Source: Verrucomicrobiota bacterium
GTDB taxonomy: Bacteria > Verrucomicrobiota > Verrucomicrobiia > Limisphaerales > AAA164-E04
Length of the DNA stretch: 64,000 bases
Reading direction: 5' to 3'
NCBI GenBank assembly: GCA_047947115.1
Contig: CP170459.1
Location: 5,056,001 to 5,120,000, forward strand
Shown here: piece after piece, positions 28,582 through 40,985 of the stretch
How the letters are laid out: each line of letters opens with the position of its first letter
Numbering within the stretch: position 1 is the first letter of the stretch
Notes under the pieces: generated by a model
The model's database searches: none
What the model was told of the DNA's origin: nothing
The model's input: only the letters and a program-made list of their open reading frames with translations
Made by a program: the position numbers and the translations under genes

Positions 28582-29079
28582 ATGCAGGATACATCTCAAA
28601 CCGAATTTCACATCGAGCATATCTTCATCTCGGAAGGCCACAACTTTGTCGGTCACCACGGCAAACCACCTGGTACACACCCCATCAAGTCAGTCGAGGA
28701 AGTCGAGTGCAAAGCCGGCAGCGGACTCCTTGGAGATCGTTATTTCAATCACAAGGAAAACTACAAAGGCCAGATCACGTTCTTTGAAATGGAAGTATTC
28801 GAACGCCTTCAAAAAGAACTCAACATCTTTGACAAACCACCCTCCGCCTTTCGACGCAACGTCTTGACACGCGGCGTGGACCTTAACTCACTCATCGGGC
28901 AAACTTTCGAAATCCAGGGCATCCAATTTGAAGGTGTTGAAGAAAGCAAACCCTGCTACTGGATGGACCAAGCCTTTGGGCCAGCTACCGAGGAAGCCCT
29001 TAAAAACCACGGAGGACTCAGAGCGCGCATCCTCACCAACGGCACCCTGAAAGTCTCAACCAAGACCAATCAAAAGTAA
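28582..29079 (+). CDS. MOSC domain protein (molybdenum cofactor sulfurase C-terminal)
   Basis: GLLGDRY, QITF, FRRNVLTRGVDLNSLIG, conserved Cys in KPCYWMD, GGLRARIL. Confidence 0.88.
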   Translation: MQDTSQTEFHIEHIFISEGHNFVGHHGKPPGTHPIKSVEEVECKAGSGLLGDRYFNHKENYKGQITFFEMEVFERLQKELNIFDKPPSAFRRNVLTRGVDLNSLIGQTFEIQGIQFEGVEESKPCYWMDQAFGPATEEALKNHGGLRARILTNGTLKVSTKTNQK

Positions 29080-29257
29080 AACACACCTCTCCAACAGTTC
29101 CATAAGAACAGAATGCATTTATCGGAATCAATCGTAACACGAAATTCCCTGGCAGATTCGTCTGCCAGAACTTCGAAAACATCCTGAACCCGAAAGTGGC
29201 GTCCTGTTCACCGTTTTTGTGTAATCGAATTTTTGAACGCCCGGTTGAAGTTTTGGC

Positions 29258-30325
29258 GTGAATTGTTTGGTGGGGAATGATTGGTTTTGGACGGATGAAA
29301 CTCAATGTGTGGACAATAATCCACACATTGAGTTTCATCCCAGTGAATACGTCAACAATCCCGCCAACATTGCCCGCAATCGCCGGATGGTCGCCATTAA
29401 CAGTGCGCTCGAAGTCGATGTCACCGGCCAGATTGCGGCCGATTCGCTGGGAGGTAAACTTTACAGCGGAATCGGCGGCCAGGTGGATTTTATTCGAGGA
29501 GCGGGCATGAGTGAGGGAGGGCGACCAATTATTGCACTTCCATCAACAGCCAAGGGAGGCACCGTATCACGTATCGTTCCGACACTGACTCCCGGTTCAG
29601 GGGTGGTGACCTCGCGCGGCGATGTTCATTATGTGGTCACAGAATATGGCATCGCACCATTGCGGGGGAGATCTTTGCGGGAGAGGGCATTGGAGTTGAT
29701 TCAAGTGGCTCACCCTAAATTCCGGGAGGAACTTTTGGAACAGGTCATCCACTCCATGAAGGTTCCGGTTCATTCGGTGCCGGTCACGACGACAATCAAA
29801 GAATTAGGTGACGTCGATATGATCAAGCTGAAACTGGGTAACGGAAAGGATTATTTCCTGCGGCCACTGCGTCTTTCCGATCTGCACCGACTGCAGAACT
29901 TCTTCTAGACGCACACAAAAGAAACGCTGCTGCAACGCTATCGTCACATGCCAAAGTCGATGAGTGTCGAATCGGCTTACCATCTGGTCAACATTGAACA
30001 AACCAGGGACGTCGCACTTTGCATAGTGGAGTTTAAAGGACCCAGACAGGTCATTCGTGCAGTCGGTCGTTATTATCTCGACGAGTCCGGGGAAGCGGCC
30101 GAAACGGCCTTTGTTGTGAGCGAATCCAAGCGCAGCCTGGGCATGGCGCGGTCTCTGATGTCCCGGTTGGTTGCCATTGCCAAAGAACACAAGCTCAAGT
30201 CTCTTTATGCGCTGACCAGAAAAGACAACCGATCAATGAACGGAATTGCAAAAAAATTCGGATTCGTCAAGGCACCTTACGACGATCCGAATGAAAACTA
30301 TTTCGTCCTGAAGCTTCGAAAATGA
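29258..30325 (+). pseudogene. Disrupted acetyl-CoA hydrolase/transferase C-terminal domain fused to a GNAT acetyltransferase
   Basis: AINSALEVDVTGQ, SGIGGQVDFIRGA, VHYVVTEYG and IQVAHPKFREEL mark the CoA-transferase C-domain, followed by GNAT (LRPLR...AETAFVVSE...LGMAR). In-frame TAG at 29906-29908 and no N-terminal transferase domain. Confidence 0.8.
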
Positions 30326-31296
30326 GGCATCCATTACTCAACCGGTTTCCGGATCGTGAGAATGCATTCAAGGTTTTCTTTCATCCGGATTGTTTACTTC
30401 ACGAAGGACCTGCCGCTCACCCTGAGCAACCAGAGCGTTTGAAGGCGATTCTTGAGGGTTGCCTGCTGTTACCCAAAAGGACGCCGGTGTCTTTTGACAT
30501 TCCCCAACCGGCCGGTTTTGATCAATTGCTGGTACTCCATGATCAGCAATACCTGAACCGATTGGAGGAGGCACAGCATAAAACTAAGGTTTTCATGTCG
30601 CCTGATAACTACCTGTGTCAGGATTCCTTTGCGGCCATTCAAGCCTCTGCAGGTTGCGCCCTGGCATCAGGAGAATCACTGCTTGAAGGAGTGTCTTCAT
30701 TTGCCCTCACGCGACCTGCCGGGCATCACGCCATGCGTTCAACAGCGGAAGGGTTCTGTTTCATAAACAATGTCGCGTTGGCCACAGAAATCGTGAGGTG
30801 TTCCCGTCCAGGGGCAAAGTGCCTGATTGTTGATTTTGACGCCCACTACGGGAATGGCATTGACTACTTTTACAACCGTGATCCTCAAGTCCTTTACTAT
30901 TCCATTCATGCCGATCCGGATCAGATCTATCCTCATTGCGGATTCCCCGACGAAACAGGCAGAGACAAAGGACGTGGCACCAAGTGCAACGTTGTGGTGA
31001 ACACAGGAGTCACCGGGACACAATGGCTGAAAACTTTTCAGAAAACCCTCCTTGAGTTTGTGACAAAGAACACCCCCGACTTTCTGCTGGTCAGCGCCGG
31101 ATTCGATGCGCACAAGGAAGATCCACTCGGCCTGATGAGCTTGACAGACCGCCATTTTCTGAACGCCATCAACCTGCTGCTTGAAATCGCCGACGAGCAT
31201 TGTGACGGAATCAGCGCATGGTTTCTGGAGGGCGGCTACTCCATCCCGGTACTCAAACGAATAGTCCCCAAAGTCATTAAAAAACTGGCTCGGTGA
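30322..31296 (+). CDS. Zn-dependent histone deacetylase-family (AcuC/AphA-like) deacetylase
   Basis: HPEQPERL, RPAGHHA, GFCFINN, DFDAHYGNG, SAGFDAHKEDPL, LEGGY. ATGA overlap with the GNAT gene. Confidence 0.93.
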   Translation: MRHPLLNRFPDRENAFKVFFHPDCLLHEGPAAHPEQPERLKAILEGCLLLPKRTPVSFDIPQPAGFDQLLVLHDQQYLNRLEEAQHKTKVFMSPDNYLCQDSFAAIQASAGCALASGESLLEGVSSFALTRPAGHHAMRSTAEGFCFINNVALATEIVRCSRPGAKCLIVDFDAHYGNGIDYFYNRDPQVLYYSIHADPDQIYPHCGFPDETGRDKGRGTKCNVVVNTGVTGTQWLKTFQKTLLEFVTKNTPDFLLVSAGFDAHKEDPLGLMSLTDRHFLNAINLLLEIADEHCDGISAWFLEGGYSIPVLKRIVPKVIKKLAR

Positions 31297-31384
31297 CCCT
31301 TACGCTTTGACATACGATCTATCGCAATCCTTTGTTGCAGCTTGTGAAGCATGCAACAAAGGTTTTCGATGAGGATCAAACAAT

Positions 31385-33697
<2,313 letters not shown>

Positions 33698-33872
33698 TCA
33701 GGAAATTATGTCCAGTTTGAAACAGTTGATGTTGCTGCCCCGAACACTTGCCTTGAGCTTGTCTGGCAAGTGAAGTCAAGTTTGGAAGAGGGGCTTAGCC
33801 ATGTCCTCATGAATCCTGTGCTACCCTAAAAACCGAGTTGACCAGAAGAGATTCATGCTTATTTTTTTTCAC

Positions 33873-34948
33873 ATGAAAGGTTTATTGATTCATGCTGCAC
33901 TCCTGGCGGTGGTTCTGTCCACCCATGCGGAAGTCGTTTCATGGAAATTATCGGGGGAATTGAATTACGTCCATCCGGCACTGTCCGAGCAATTCACGGT
34001 GGGCGACACTTACACCATGACCTTGAATGTGGAGAATGGGATTCCCGCCGTCGAAATTGACCGGCCTTTCTTCTACAGTGTGGGAAACTTTGATGATTCG
34101 CTCATCGACGGTTCCCTGGCTTTTGCCAATGGCTACACCATGGAACTTGGCGGACACAGCCCTGGGAGTTTCAATATCATCAATGCCGGAGCAAACAGCG
34201 CTTCCGGATATGACCATTGAACCTCAGTGTTCAAGCATTTGACGACTCGCTGACCGGGGAACCTGTGGCAGGATATTCGGCCGAGATATTGACATTGAAC
34301 TTCACCGATGATGTGCCTCCTCTGAACTTGTTATCCGGATCGGAAGCGGCATTTCCGGCATATGACCTTCCTTTTCCTTCAGCAGAAACATTCCACCTGG
34401 AAGAGACAACCAACGAGCGGTTTCATCTGAGACTTCAATTTTCAGGAGGGCAGCCTGACGGCACCCACTTTGTAAGAGGCTCGATCACCGATTTTTTATT
34501 CACGGATTCCGGAAACACCCATGAACCTTCAGGAGGAGGCAATTTTGAAGAAGCCATCCACAATGCGAATCTTCCTGAAGAAGCCAAAGCTTTCAACGCA
34601 GATGCTAATGGTGACGGGATTCCAAACGGCATTGCCTACGCTCTGGGCATACCAGTCCTGGGGGCATCGGACGCCTTGCGCTACCGCCTCCCCACCTTTG
34701 CCAAAAACCAGTGGCGCATCATTCTTCCCCTTGAACTACCTGCCGACATTGCTTACGAAATACGTGTATCAACCACCCTGGGAGGCGACTGGACTGCGAT
34801 TGCTTCACGCCCAATCAATGGCACCTGGGAAGGAGCGGTCGATATTGAATCAACAGACAAAGAACAAACGGTCAGCGCCGACGTCTCGGTCAACCTCAAC
34901 CATCATCAAGCAGTGTTCTTCAGCCTGCGCGTGACTTTGAATCCTTAA
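33873..34948 (+). pseudogene. Frameshifted secreted protein with a Ca-binding-type repeat and C-terminal beta-rich module
   Basis: The signal-peptide ORF (MKGLLIHAALLAVVLSTHA) stops at 34220. The second frame continues from 34217 to DANGDGIPNGIAYALG...FFSLRVTLNP. One extra T at cat/tga would join them. Confidence 0.6.
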
Positions 34949-34983
34949 AGGCCAACGCCGTGGTTTTATTGCATCATGGAGTA

Positions 34984-35697
34984 ATGCCGACAACGAATAA
35001 CAAAGCGTGGATAGCATCTCTAATGGCTTGGAGCATGGTCCTGGTTGCCTTGAGTCTTGTGGCAAGATCATGGATCTCCCAAGGCATCGTCTGGACTATG
35101 TTGCAGACCGACCTGACTCCCTCCATGAAGGTGGAGGAGATCAAGATCTTCTTCGACAACTTTGGCAAACTCGCACCTCTGGCCTATGTGGGTTGCGTCA
35201 TGGTGGAAGTCCTGGTCGCCCCGATCCCGGGAATCATGCTGTATGCACCGGGTGGCGTTGTCTTTGGGGGATTGATGGGGGGTTTTCTTTCACTTATCGG
35301 GAACACTTTGGGAGCAGGCATCGCCTGCGCGGCTGCCAGGACCATTGGAGAAAGCTGGGCCACGAAATATTTTGCGTCTGAAAAATTAAGATCAACCCAG
35401 GAATTATTGGAAAGAAAGGGATTCTGGCTGATTCTCCTTCTCCGGATCAATCCACTGACTTCATCGGATTTGATATCTTACGCCGCAGGATTGACGCGCA
35501 TCCCTGTCTGGCAAGTTATGCTGGCCACAGCAAGCGGCATGGCTCCTCTGTGTTTCGCCCAGGCCTACCTGGCGGAAAACCTGATGCAACGCTTCCCCTG
35601 GCTGCTATATCCATTGATCGGATGCCTGATTGTTTATGTTGCCATCGTGTTGAAGATCGCCTTCCGCATTCGAAATAAGGAAGTCGCAGCCAGTTAG
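34984..35697 (+). CDS. TVP38/TMEM64 (VTT/DedA superfamily) membrane protein
   Basis: APIPG, GGVVFG, GNTLGA, LLLRINPLTSSDLISYAAGLT and several TM segments. Confidence 0.9.
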   Translation: MPTTNNKAWIASLMAWSMVLVALSLVARSWISQGIVWTMLQTDLTPSMKVEEIKIFFDNFGKLAPLAYVGCVMVEVLVAPIPGIMLYAPGGVVFGGLMGGFLSLIGNTLGAGIACAAARTIGESWATKYFASEKLRSTQELLERKGFWLILLLRINPLTSSDLISYAAGLTRIPVWQVMLATASGMAPLCFAQAYLAENLMQRFPWLLYPLIGCLIVYVAIVLKIAFRIRNKEVAAS

Positions 35698-35888
35698 GCA
35701 AACATGTCAGTTACTAAGGAAATCAAACGCTGAATTTTAAAAAATGATGTTCCTTACCACGGGTGAAGGTGCTTTCCCCCCTCAAACGCCGGCGTTGCGC
35801 AAGCTTCTGAACACAGTGACAGTCTCCAGAAGCAACGCGTTAAGTGAAAGTTCAATCCCTTCCAGACATCCCTAAAAAGACAGCCGAT

Positions 35889-36110
35889 TCACGATATTGA
35901 AATAATATGAACCGGGCAGTTCTCAACACTCTGCTCAAGCTCGTCGCGATCGGCGTCATACCCTTTACCAAATTCCATTTGATCGTGCCGGTGGGTAACT
36001 TCAAGCAAGGAAGCCATCCCGTCTTCATCAATCTTCCAATAACTTGGAGCATGCTCCACACAGGCGTAGCAGCCAATGCAATCGCTTCGTTTGTGTGTTA
36101 TTTGAATCAT
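35889..36110 (-). CDS. Single-cluster ferredoxin
   Basis: CIGCYAC...AP and a distal [12 protein letters not shown] overlap with the U32 gene. Confidence 0.9.
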   Translation of the reverse strand: MIQITHKRSDCIGCYACVEHAPSYWKIDEDGMASLLEVTHRHDQMEFGKGYDADRDELEQSVENCPVHIISIS

Positions 36111-37345
36111 GCTTGCACGGGTTTCATGAGGTAAAGTCGGTCGCCTCGACGGACTTTATCCCCTACTTTGATGGAAAAAACACTGCGCCCTTTGATCCCC
36201 TCGACGGGGTTTTCATCCACTCTGATTTCTTCCGCCACACCGTTCACAACACCTGTTTTGTCGCCGATAATGTTGTATTCATCCCCCACATTGAGTTCAC
36301 CGGCGGTTGCCGTGATTTCGGCTACTTGGATACGGGAAAAATAATTGGTGACGGTGCCTACGGCAATTTTTTGCCTGGTGGCCTTACTCCCATAGGCATT
36401 GCTCCACCCCTGCTTCCGACCAAGATAATAACCATCTGAATGCCCGCGGTTGTACACTTTTTCCAGATTACCCTGTAGCTCCCCAACCAACTCCCGGGTG
36501 TAGCGACCTTCGTTCAGGGCATCGATGGCCGCGCGGTAACTCCGTATCACGGATTCCACATACTCCGGTGCACGACCGCGTCCTTCGATTTTGAGAGTGT
36601 GAATACCCGCGTCCAATATTTGATCCAGAAAATCGATGGTGGAGATGTCGTTGGGGGACATGACAAAGTTGTTGTCGATCTCAAGTTGTTGGCCCGATTC
36701 CTTGTCCGTCACAATGTATTCTTTACGGCAATTCTGTTCGCATGCGCCACGGTTGGCCGATGCGTTGCTGGTGTAAAGCGACATGCCACAACGGCCCGAA
36801 ACAGCAATGCACAGAGCGCCATGCGCAAAAGCTTCCAATTCCATTGGGCGGCCGTTTTTGCCACGGAGATCGGTTTCAAGGATCTGCTCATGAATGCGCT
36901 TGATCATTTTGAGGTTCAGTTCTCGCGCCAGCACAATGCGATCGCAAAAGGGAGCGTAGAACTTGACCGCATCAAAATTGGAGATCGAAAGTTGCGTGGA
37001 AAGATGCACCTCCAAACCGAGTTCATTGGCCATTTGAACCGCAGCCATATCGGCCAGAATCACTGCATCCACGCCATGTTCCTTCGCGGTTTCCAGCATG
37101 CTTCGGGCTACTTTGGCATCGTAATCATACAGCAGGGTGTTGAGTGTCAGATACCCTTTCACCTTATTTTCATGGCAAATGCGTAAAATTTCGGGGATAT
37201 CGGACAACTCAAAACTGCGGCGGGCTCGAGCTCTCATATTCAATTGAGCCACACCAAAATACACCGCATCGGCACCGGCTTTGATGCCAGCACGAAGCGA
37301 AGGAAAACAGCCCGCAGGAGCCAATAATTCGGATTCGTATTTCAT
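36107..37345 (-). CDS. Peptidase U32-family Fe-S protein (TrhP/RlhA-like RNA hydroxylation factor)
   Basis: [27 protein letters not shown], Cys cluster [12 protein letters not shown]...[18 protein letters not shown] and a C-terminal beta-barrel. Confidence 0.92.
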   Translation of the reverse strand: MKYESELLAPAGCFPSLRAGIKAGADAVYFGVAQLNMRARARRSFELSDIPEILRICHENKVKGYLTLNTLLYDYDAKVARSMLETAKEHGVDAVILADMAAVQMANELGLEVHLSTQLSISNFDAVKFYAPFCDRIVLARELNLKMIKRIHEQILETDLRGKNGRPMELEAFAHGALCIAVSGRCGMSLYTSNASANRGACEQNCRKEYIVTDKESGQQLEIDNNFVMSPNDISTIDFLDQILDAGIHTLKIEGRGRAPEYVESVIRSYRAAIDALNEGRYTRELVGELQGNLEKVYNRGHSDGYYLGRKQGWSNAYGSKATRQKIAVGTVTNYFSRIQVAEITATAGELNVGDEYNIIGDKTGVVNGVAEEIRVDENPVEGIKGRSVFSIKVGDKVRRGDRLYLMKPVQA

Positions 37346-37592
37346 TTAAAGGGGACAATACTATGCCAGGATTTCAAAGTCGCCAACCACGTTTCGCACG
37401 CTGAACACTGCAACATCCCAACTCGTTGCAGCAAATAAGCTTACCAAAAAACCCTAGTATCTAACCAACGTCCAGTCGCCTCAAATTGCATCATCAAAGC
37501 ACAAAGTAAAGAACAACTGGCACTTTGATGGAAAAGTTATAAGCTCTGTGGGGGGAATCAATCGAGATAACACCTAAATCTATCATTTTGAA

Positions 37593-40500
37593 ATGAAACA
37601 TGTTCGCATCCGTATCCTGACCGTTGTTTTTTGTTTGGTGTCACTGATATCGACCGTATTTTCCGATGTCAGCAAAAAACCATTGGATCATTCTGATTAT
37701 GATCGTTGGAACACAGCTTCTATGGTTCAAATCTCCAACGATGGTCACTGGATCCAGTATGTGATCAACAGCGGCAAGCCGGATGGTGACGCGACGCTTG
37801 TTCTGCGTAAGAATGGGGCACCCGGGGAATACAAGATTGCCAGGGGTGAATCTGCCACATTTACGTTCGATTCCAGGTTTGTGATCTACAAGATCGCACC
37901 GGATCCCGAACGCGTTGAAGAGCTGAAAAAGGAGAAAACCAAACCAGAGGACCTGCCGAAACCCGTGTTGGAAGTGCTGGAACTGGAATCTGGCGCATCC
38001 TACCGTGTGGATCGCATCAAATCATTCTCAGTTCCCAAAGAAAACGGACGCTGGCTGGCATACCTCCTGGAGAAGCCTCTGGTTGAAAGTCATGTTGAAA
38101 CACTCAAATCGGGTGTGGAAGAAACATACGAAGTCACACCGCAAGGACTGCGCCGTGCCGCCAAACCGATGCTGTTGAAAAAGCGTCCAACTGAGACATC
38201 CCCCGAGGAAAAATCATCACCTGATCCTGATCCCAAAAAGGAAAAAATGAAGGATGCTGACCATGATGAATCCACGAACAAGAAGGACAAGGAGCCAGGA
38301 ACGGTTCTGGCCATTCGGAACTTGCAAACGAATGAGGAACGGAGGTTCTCCAACGTGGTAGATTACCAATTTTCGAAGGATGGCAATGCCGTTGCGTTTG
38401 TGACCTCGGTCGAGTCTTTGCCTGACACGAAGGATGGCACGAAGATTTCAGGGAAAGCAATCAAACCGAAGAGCTCCATCACCGATGGGGTATATGTGTT
38501 GAATCTGAAGAACCAAAAGTTGAGTCAGATACTTTCCGGATCCGGACGATACAAAAATCTTTCCTTCAGTGACAACGGCGAACACCTGACGTTCGTAACC
38601 GACAAGGATGACGATGAATCCAAGACTTCCAGCTGGTCGCTGTATCACTGGAAGAAAGCCTCGGGAAAGGCCCGCCTCATTGCTTCCGAAGATATCGAAG
38701 GTATTCCCGCCGGTTGGTGGATTTCACCCGATGCCACCCCCTATTTTTCCGACGACTGTCGTCGCCTGTTTTTCTTTACCGCCCCCGTGCCCAAAAGGGT
38801 TATTGAGGAACGCAATCAAGGAGCTGAAGAGGAAGCGAAAGAAAATAAGGATGAAGAGAAAAAGGCCAAGTTGGATATCTGGCATTGGGAAGACCCTTTG
38901 CTACAGCCAGAACAACTCCTTCAGGCAGACAAGGAAAAAAGTCGCAGCTACGTGGCTGTATACGATCTTGAGAAAAGGACCATCATTCAGCTGGCCAATC
39001 AAGAGCTTCCTTCGGTTTCAATTGATCGCCGGTCACGTTCCCCCCATGCAGTGGCTGTGAACGACCTCCCCTACAGGAAGCTGCTATCGTGGGATCGCCC
39101 CGGTTTTCAGGATACATATCTGGTCAACCTGGAAACGGGAAGTCGTACATTGATCCTGGAGAAAAGCCGGGCACGTGGAACACTTTCACCCGAAGGCAAC
39201 TATATCACCTGGTTTGATCCGGAGGATCGACAATGGCACGCCACATCGACAGGTCCGGATCGTACAGTGATCAACATCAGCAAAGGTATTGGAATTCCAC
39301 TGCAAGAGGAACTTCACGATACCCCCTCCCTTCCCGGAGCATACGGCAGCGCAGGCTGGATTGAAAAGGATCATGCGTTTTTGATCTATGATCGTTTTGA
39401 CATCTGGCAAGTGGATCCCACAGGCGAACTGCCTCCTGTGTGCCTAACTGAAGGACACGGACGTGCGCACTCCGTGCAATTTCGCTTTGTCCAACTGGAT
39501 CATGAGGCCCGTGCCATTGATCCTGAAAAGGACATGTACTTGTCGGCCTTCAATGAAACATCCAAAGCAAGTGGATACTTTGTCATCCGCGCCGAAGATA
39601 ACGAGGTTGAAACATCAGAGGAAGTGAAGCGATCAAGACTCGAACAACGGATCATGCTCAATGAAAATGTGAACAGCATCGCGAAAGCGCGAAACTCAGA
39701 AGATCTTGTGTTCAGGCGCAACACCTTTCGGCAATGCCCGGACATCTGGACAAGCACCACCGAATTCAGAACCATCCATCGCATCAGTGATATCAATCCA
39801 CAGCAGGATGAATATGCATGGGGAGATGTTGAATTGATCCAATGGAAGGCAACTGACGGACAAATGCTGGATGGTTTGTTGTACAAACCGGATGATTTTG
39901 ATCCTGCGAAAAAGTATCCGCTACTGGTCTATTTCTACGAACGCAGATCAGACAATCTGCACAGCTACTATGCGCCGGCAGCGGGAAGATCGATCATCAA
40001 CTTCAGTTTCTATGTCAGTCGCGGGTATGTATTGTTCGTCCCTGACATTCCATACAAAATGGGAATTCCCGGACAGAGTGCACTCAATTCAGTTGTGTCC
40101 GGCACCCAATCCCTGATTGACAAGGGATTCATTGACGAAAAGCGCATTGGCATACAAGGCCACAGTTGGGGAGGTTATCAAGCTGCCTATCTGGTGACTA
40201 AAACCGACATGTTTGCCTGTGCCGAAGCTGGGGCGCCTGTCAGCAATATGACGAGTGCATATGGCGGCATTCGTTGGGGAACCGGCCTGAGCCGGATGTT
40301 TCAGTACGAGCGCACACAAAGCCGAATTGGCGACACGTTGTGGAATGCCCGCGACCAATACATCGAAAACTCACCGCTCTTTTCAGCCGACAAGATCAAC
40401 ACTCCCCTGCTCATCCTGCACAATGACGAAGACGGCGCCGTTCCGTGGTATCAGGGCATCGAACTGTTTGTCGCCCTGCGTCGTCTCGAGAAGCCGGTAT

Positions 40501-40703
40501 GGTTGTTGAATTACAATGGAGATCCCCATTGGGTGATGGGAGAAGAAAACCGCAGGGATTTTGCCATTCGCATGCAACAGTTTTTTGACCACTACCTGAA
40601 AGACGCACCTGAACCCGAATGGATGGCTGTAGGCGTTCCTGCGATCGAAAAAGGCGAAAACTTTGGACTGGAACTCTTGGAACCCAAATCACAGGTCGAG
40701 TGA
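37593..40703 (+). CDS. Secreted S9-family (prolyl oligopeptidase / acylaminoacyl peptidase) protein
   Basis: Signal peptide, beta-propeller region, KKYPLLVYFYE, and catalytic GHSWGG (Ser), HNDEDGAVP (Asp), GDPHW (His). Confidence 0.95.
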   Translation: MKHVRIRILTVVFCLVSLISTVFSDVSKKPLDHSDYDRWNTASMVQISNDGHWIQYVINSGKPDGDATLVLRKNGAPGEYKIARGESATFTFDSRFVIYKIAPDPERVEELKKEKTKPEDLPKPVLEVLELESGASYRVDRIKSFSVPKENGRWLAYLLEKPLVESHVETLKSGVEETYEVTPQGLRRAAKPMLLKKRPTETSPEEKSSPDPDPKKEKMKDADHDESTNKKDKEPGTVLAIRNLQTNEERRFSNVVDYQFSKDGNAVAFVTSVESLPDTKDGTKISGKAIKPKSSITDGVYVLNLKNQKLSQILSGSGRYKNLSFSDNGEHLTFVTDKDDDESKTSSWSLYHWKKASGKARLIASEDIEGIPAGWWISPDATPYFSDDCRRLFFFTAPVPKRVIEERNQGAEEEAKENKDEEKKAKLDIWHWEDPLLQPEQLLQADKEKSRSYVAVYDLEKRTIIQLANQELPSVSIDRRSRSPHAVAVNDLPYRKLLSWDRPGFQDTYLVNLETGSRTLILEKSRARGTLSPEGNYITWFDPEDRQWHATSTGPDRTVINISKGIGIPLQEELHDTPSLPGAYGSAGWIEKDHAFLIYDRFDIWQVDPTGELPPVCLTEGHGRAHSVQFRFVQLDHEARAIDPEKDMYLSAFNETSKASGYFVIRAEDNEVETSEEVKRSRLEQRIMLNENVNSIAKARNSEDLVFRRNTFRQCPDIWTSTTEFRTIHRISDINPQQDEYAWGDVELIQWKATDGQMLDGLLYKPDDFDPAKKYPLLVYFYERRSDNLHSYYAPAAGRSIINFSFYVSRGYVLFVPDIPYKMGIPGQSALNSVVSGTQSLIDKGFIDEKRIGIQGHSWGGYQAAYLVTKTDMFACAEAGAPVSNMTSAYGGIRWGTGLSRMFQYERTQSRIGDTLWNARDQYIENSPLFSADKINTPLLILHNDEDGAVPWYQGIELFVALRRLEKPVWLLNYNGDPHWVMGEENRRDFAIRMQQFFDHYLKDAPEPEWMAVGVPAIEKGENFGLELLEPKSQVE

Positions 40704-40985
40704 ATGTTCATATTTCATAATTAAATCAGTGCCCGTAGATCCTGTCGGCATGCATCAGTGGTTGCCTGTGAACCCAGAGAGAATAAACCTTTCAACCTTA
40801 AGAAGAAGCCAAGAACAATCTTTCCGACAGCGCTGAAGAACCCGTTGTCAGCACTTGGAAGTGGATATCGCGTTGAAACACCTGGATTATCCAGCAAGCC
40901 TGAAAAACGAAAAGAGGTCTCGCATATTCGATTGGAAAAAATGGATGACGTTACATTTTTATCGACCCAGTTTCCAACAGAGGTT

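Noticed and set aside
35790..35838. Stem-loop gcgtt...gcttctg/cagaagc-aacgc between the convergent VTT and ferredoxin genes
   Set aside because: It has a large loop and bulge and no U-tract. At most a weak terminator, with no ncRNA signature.
40704..40985. Extended N-terminus of the SDR ORF, or a structured leader RNA
   Set aside because: SDR homology starts only after ATG 40986, which has a ribosome-binding site. The small hairpins upstream match no riboswitch I recognise.
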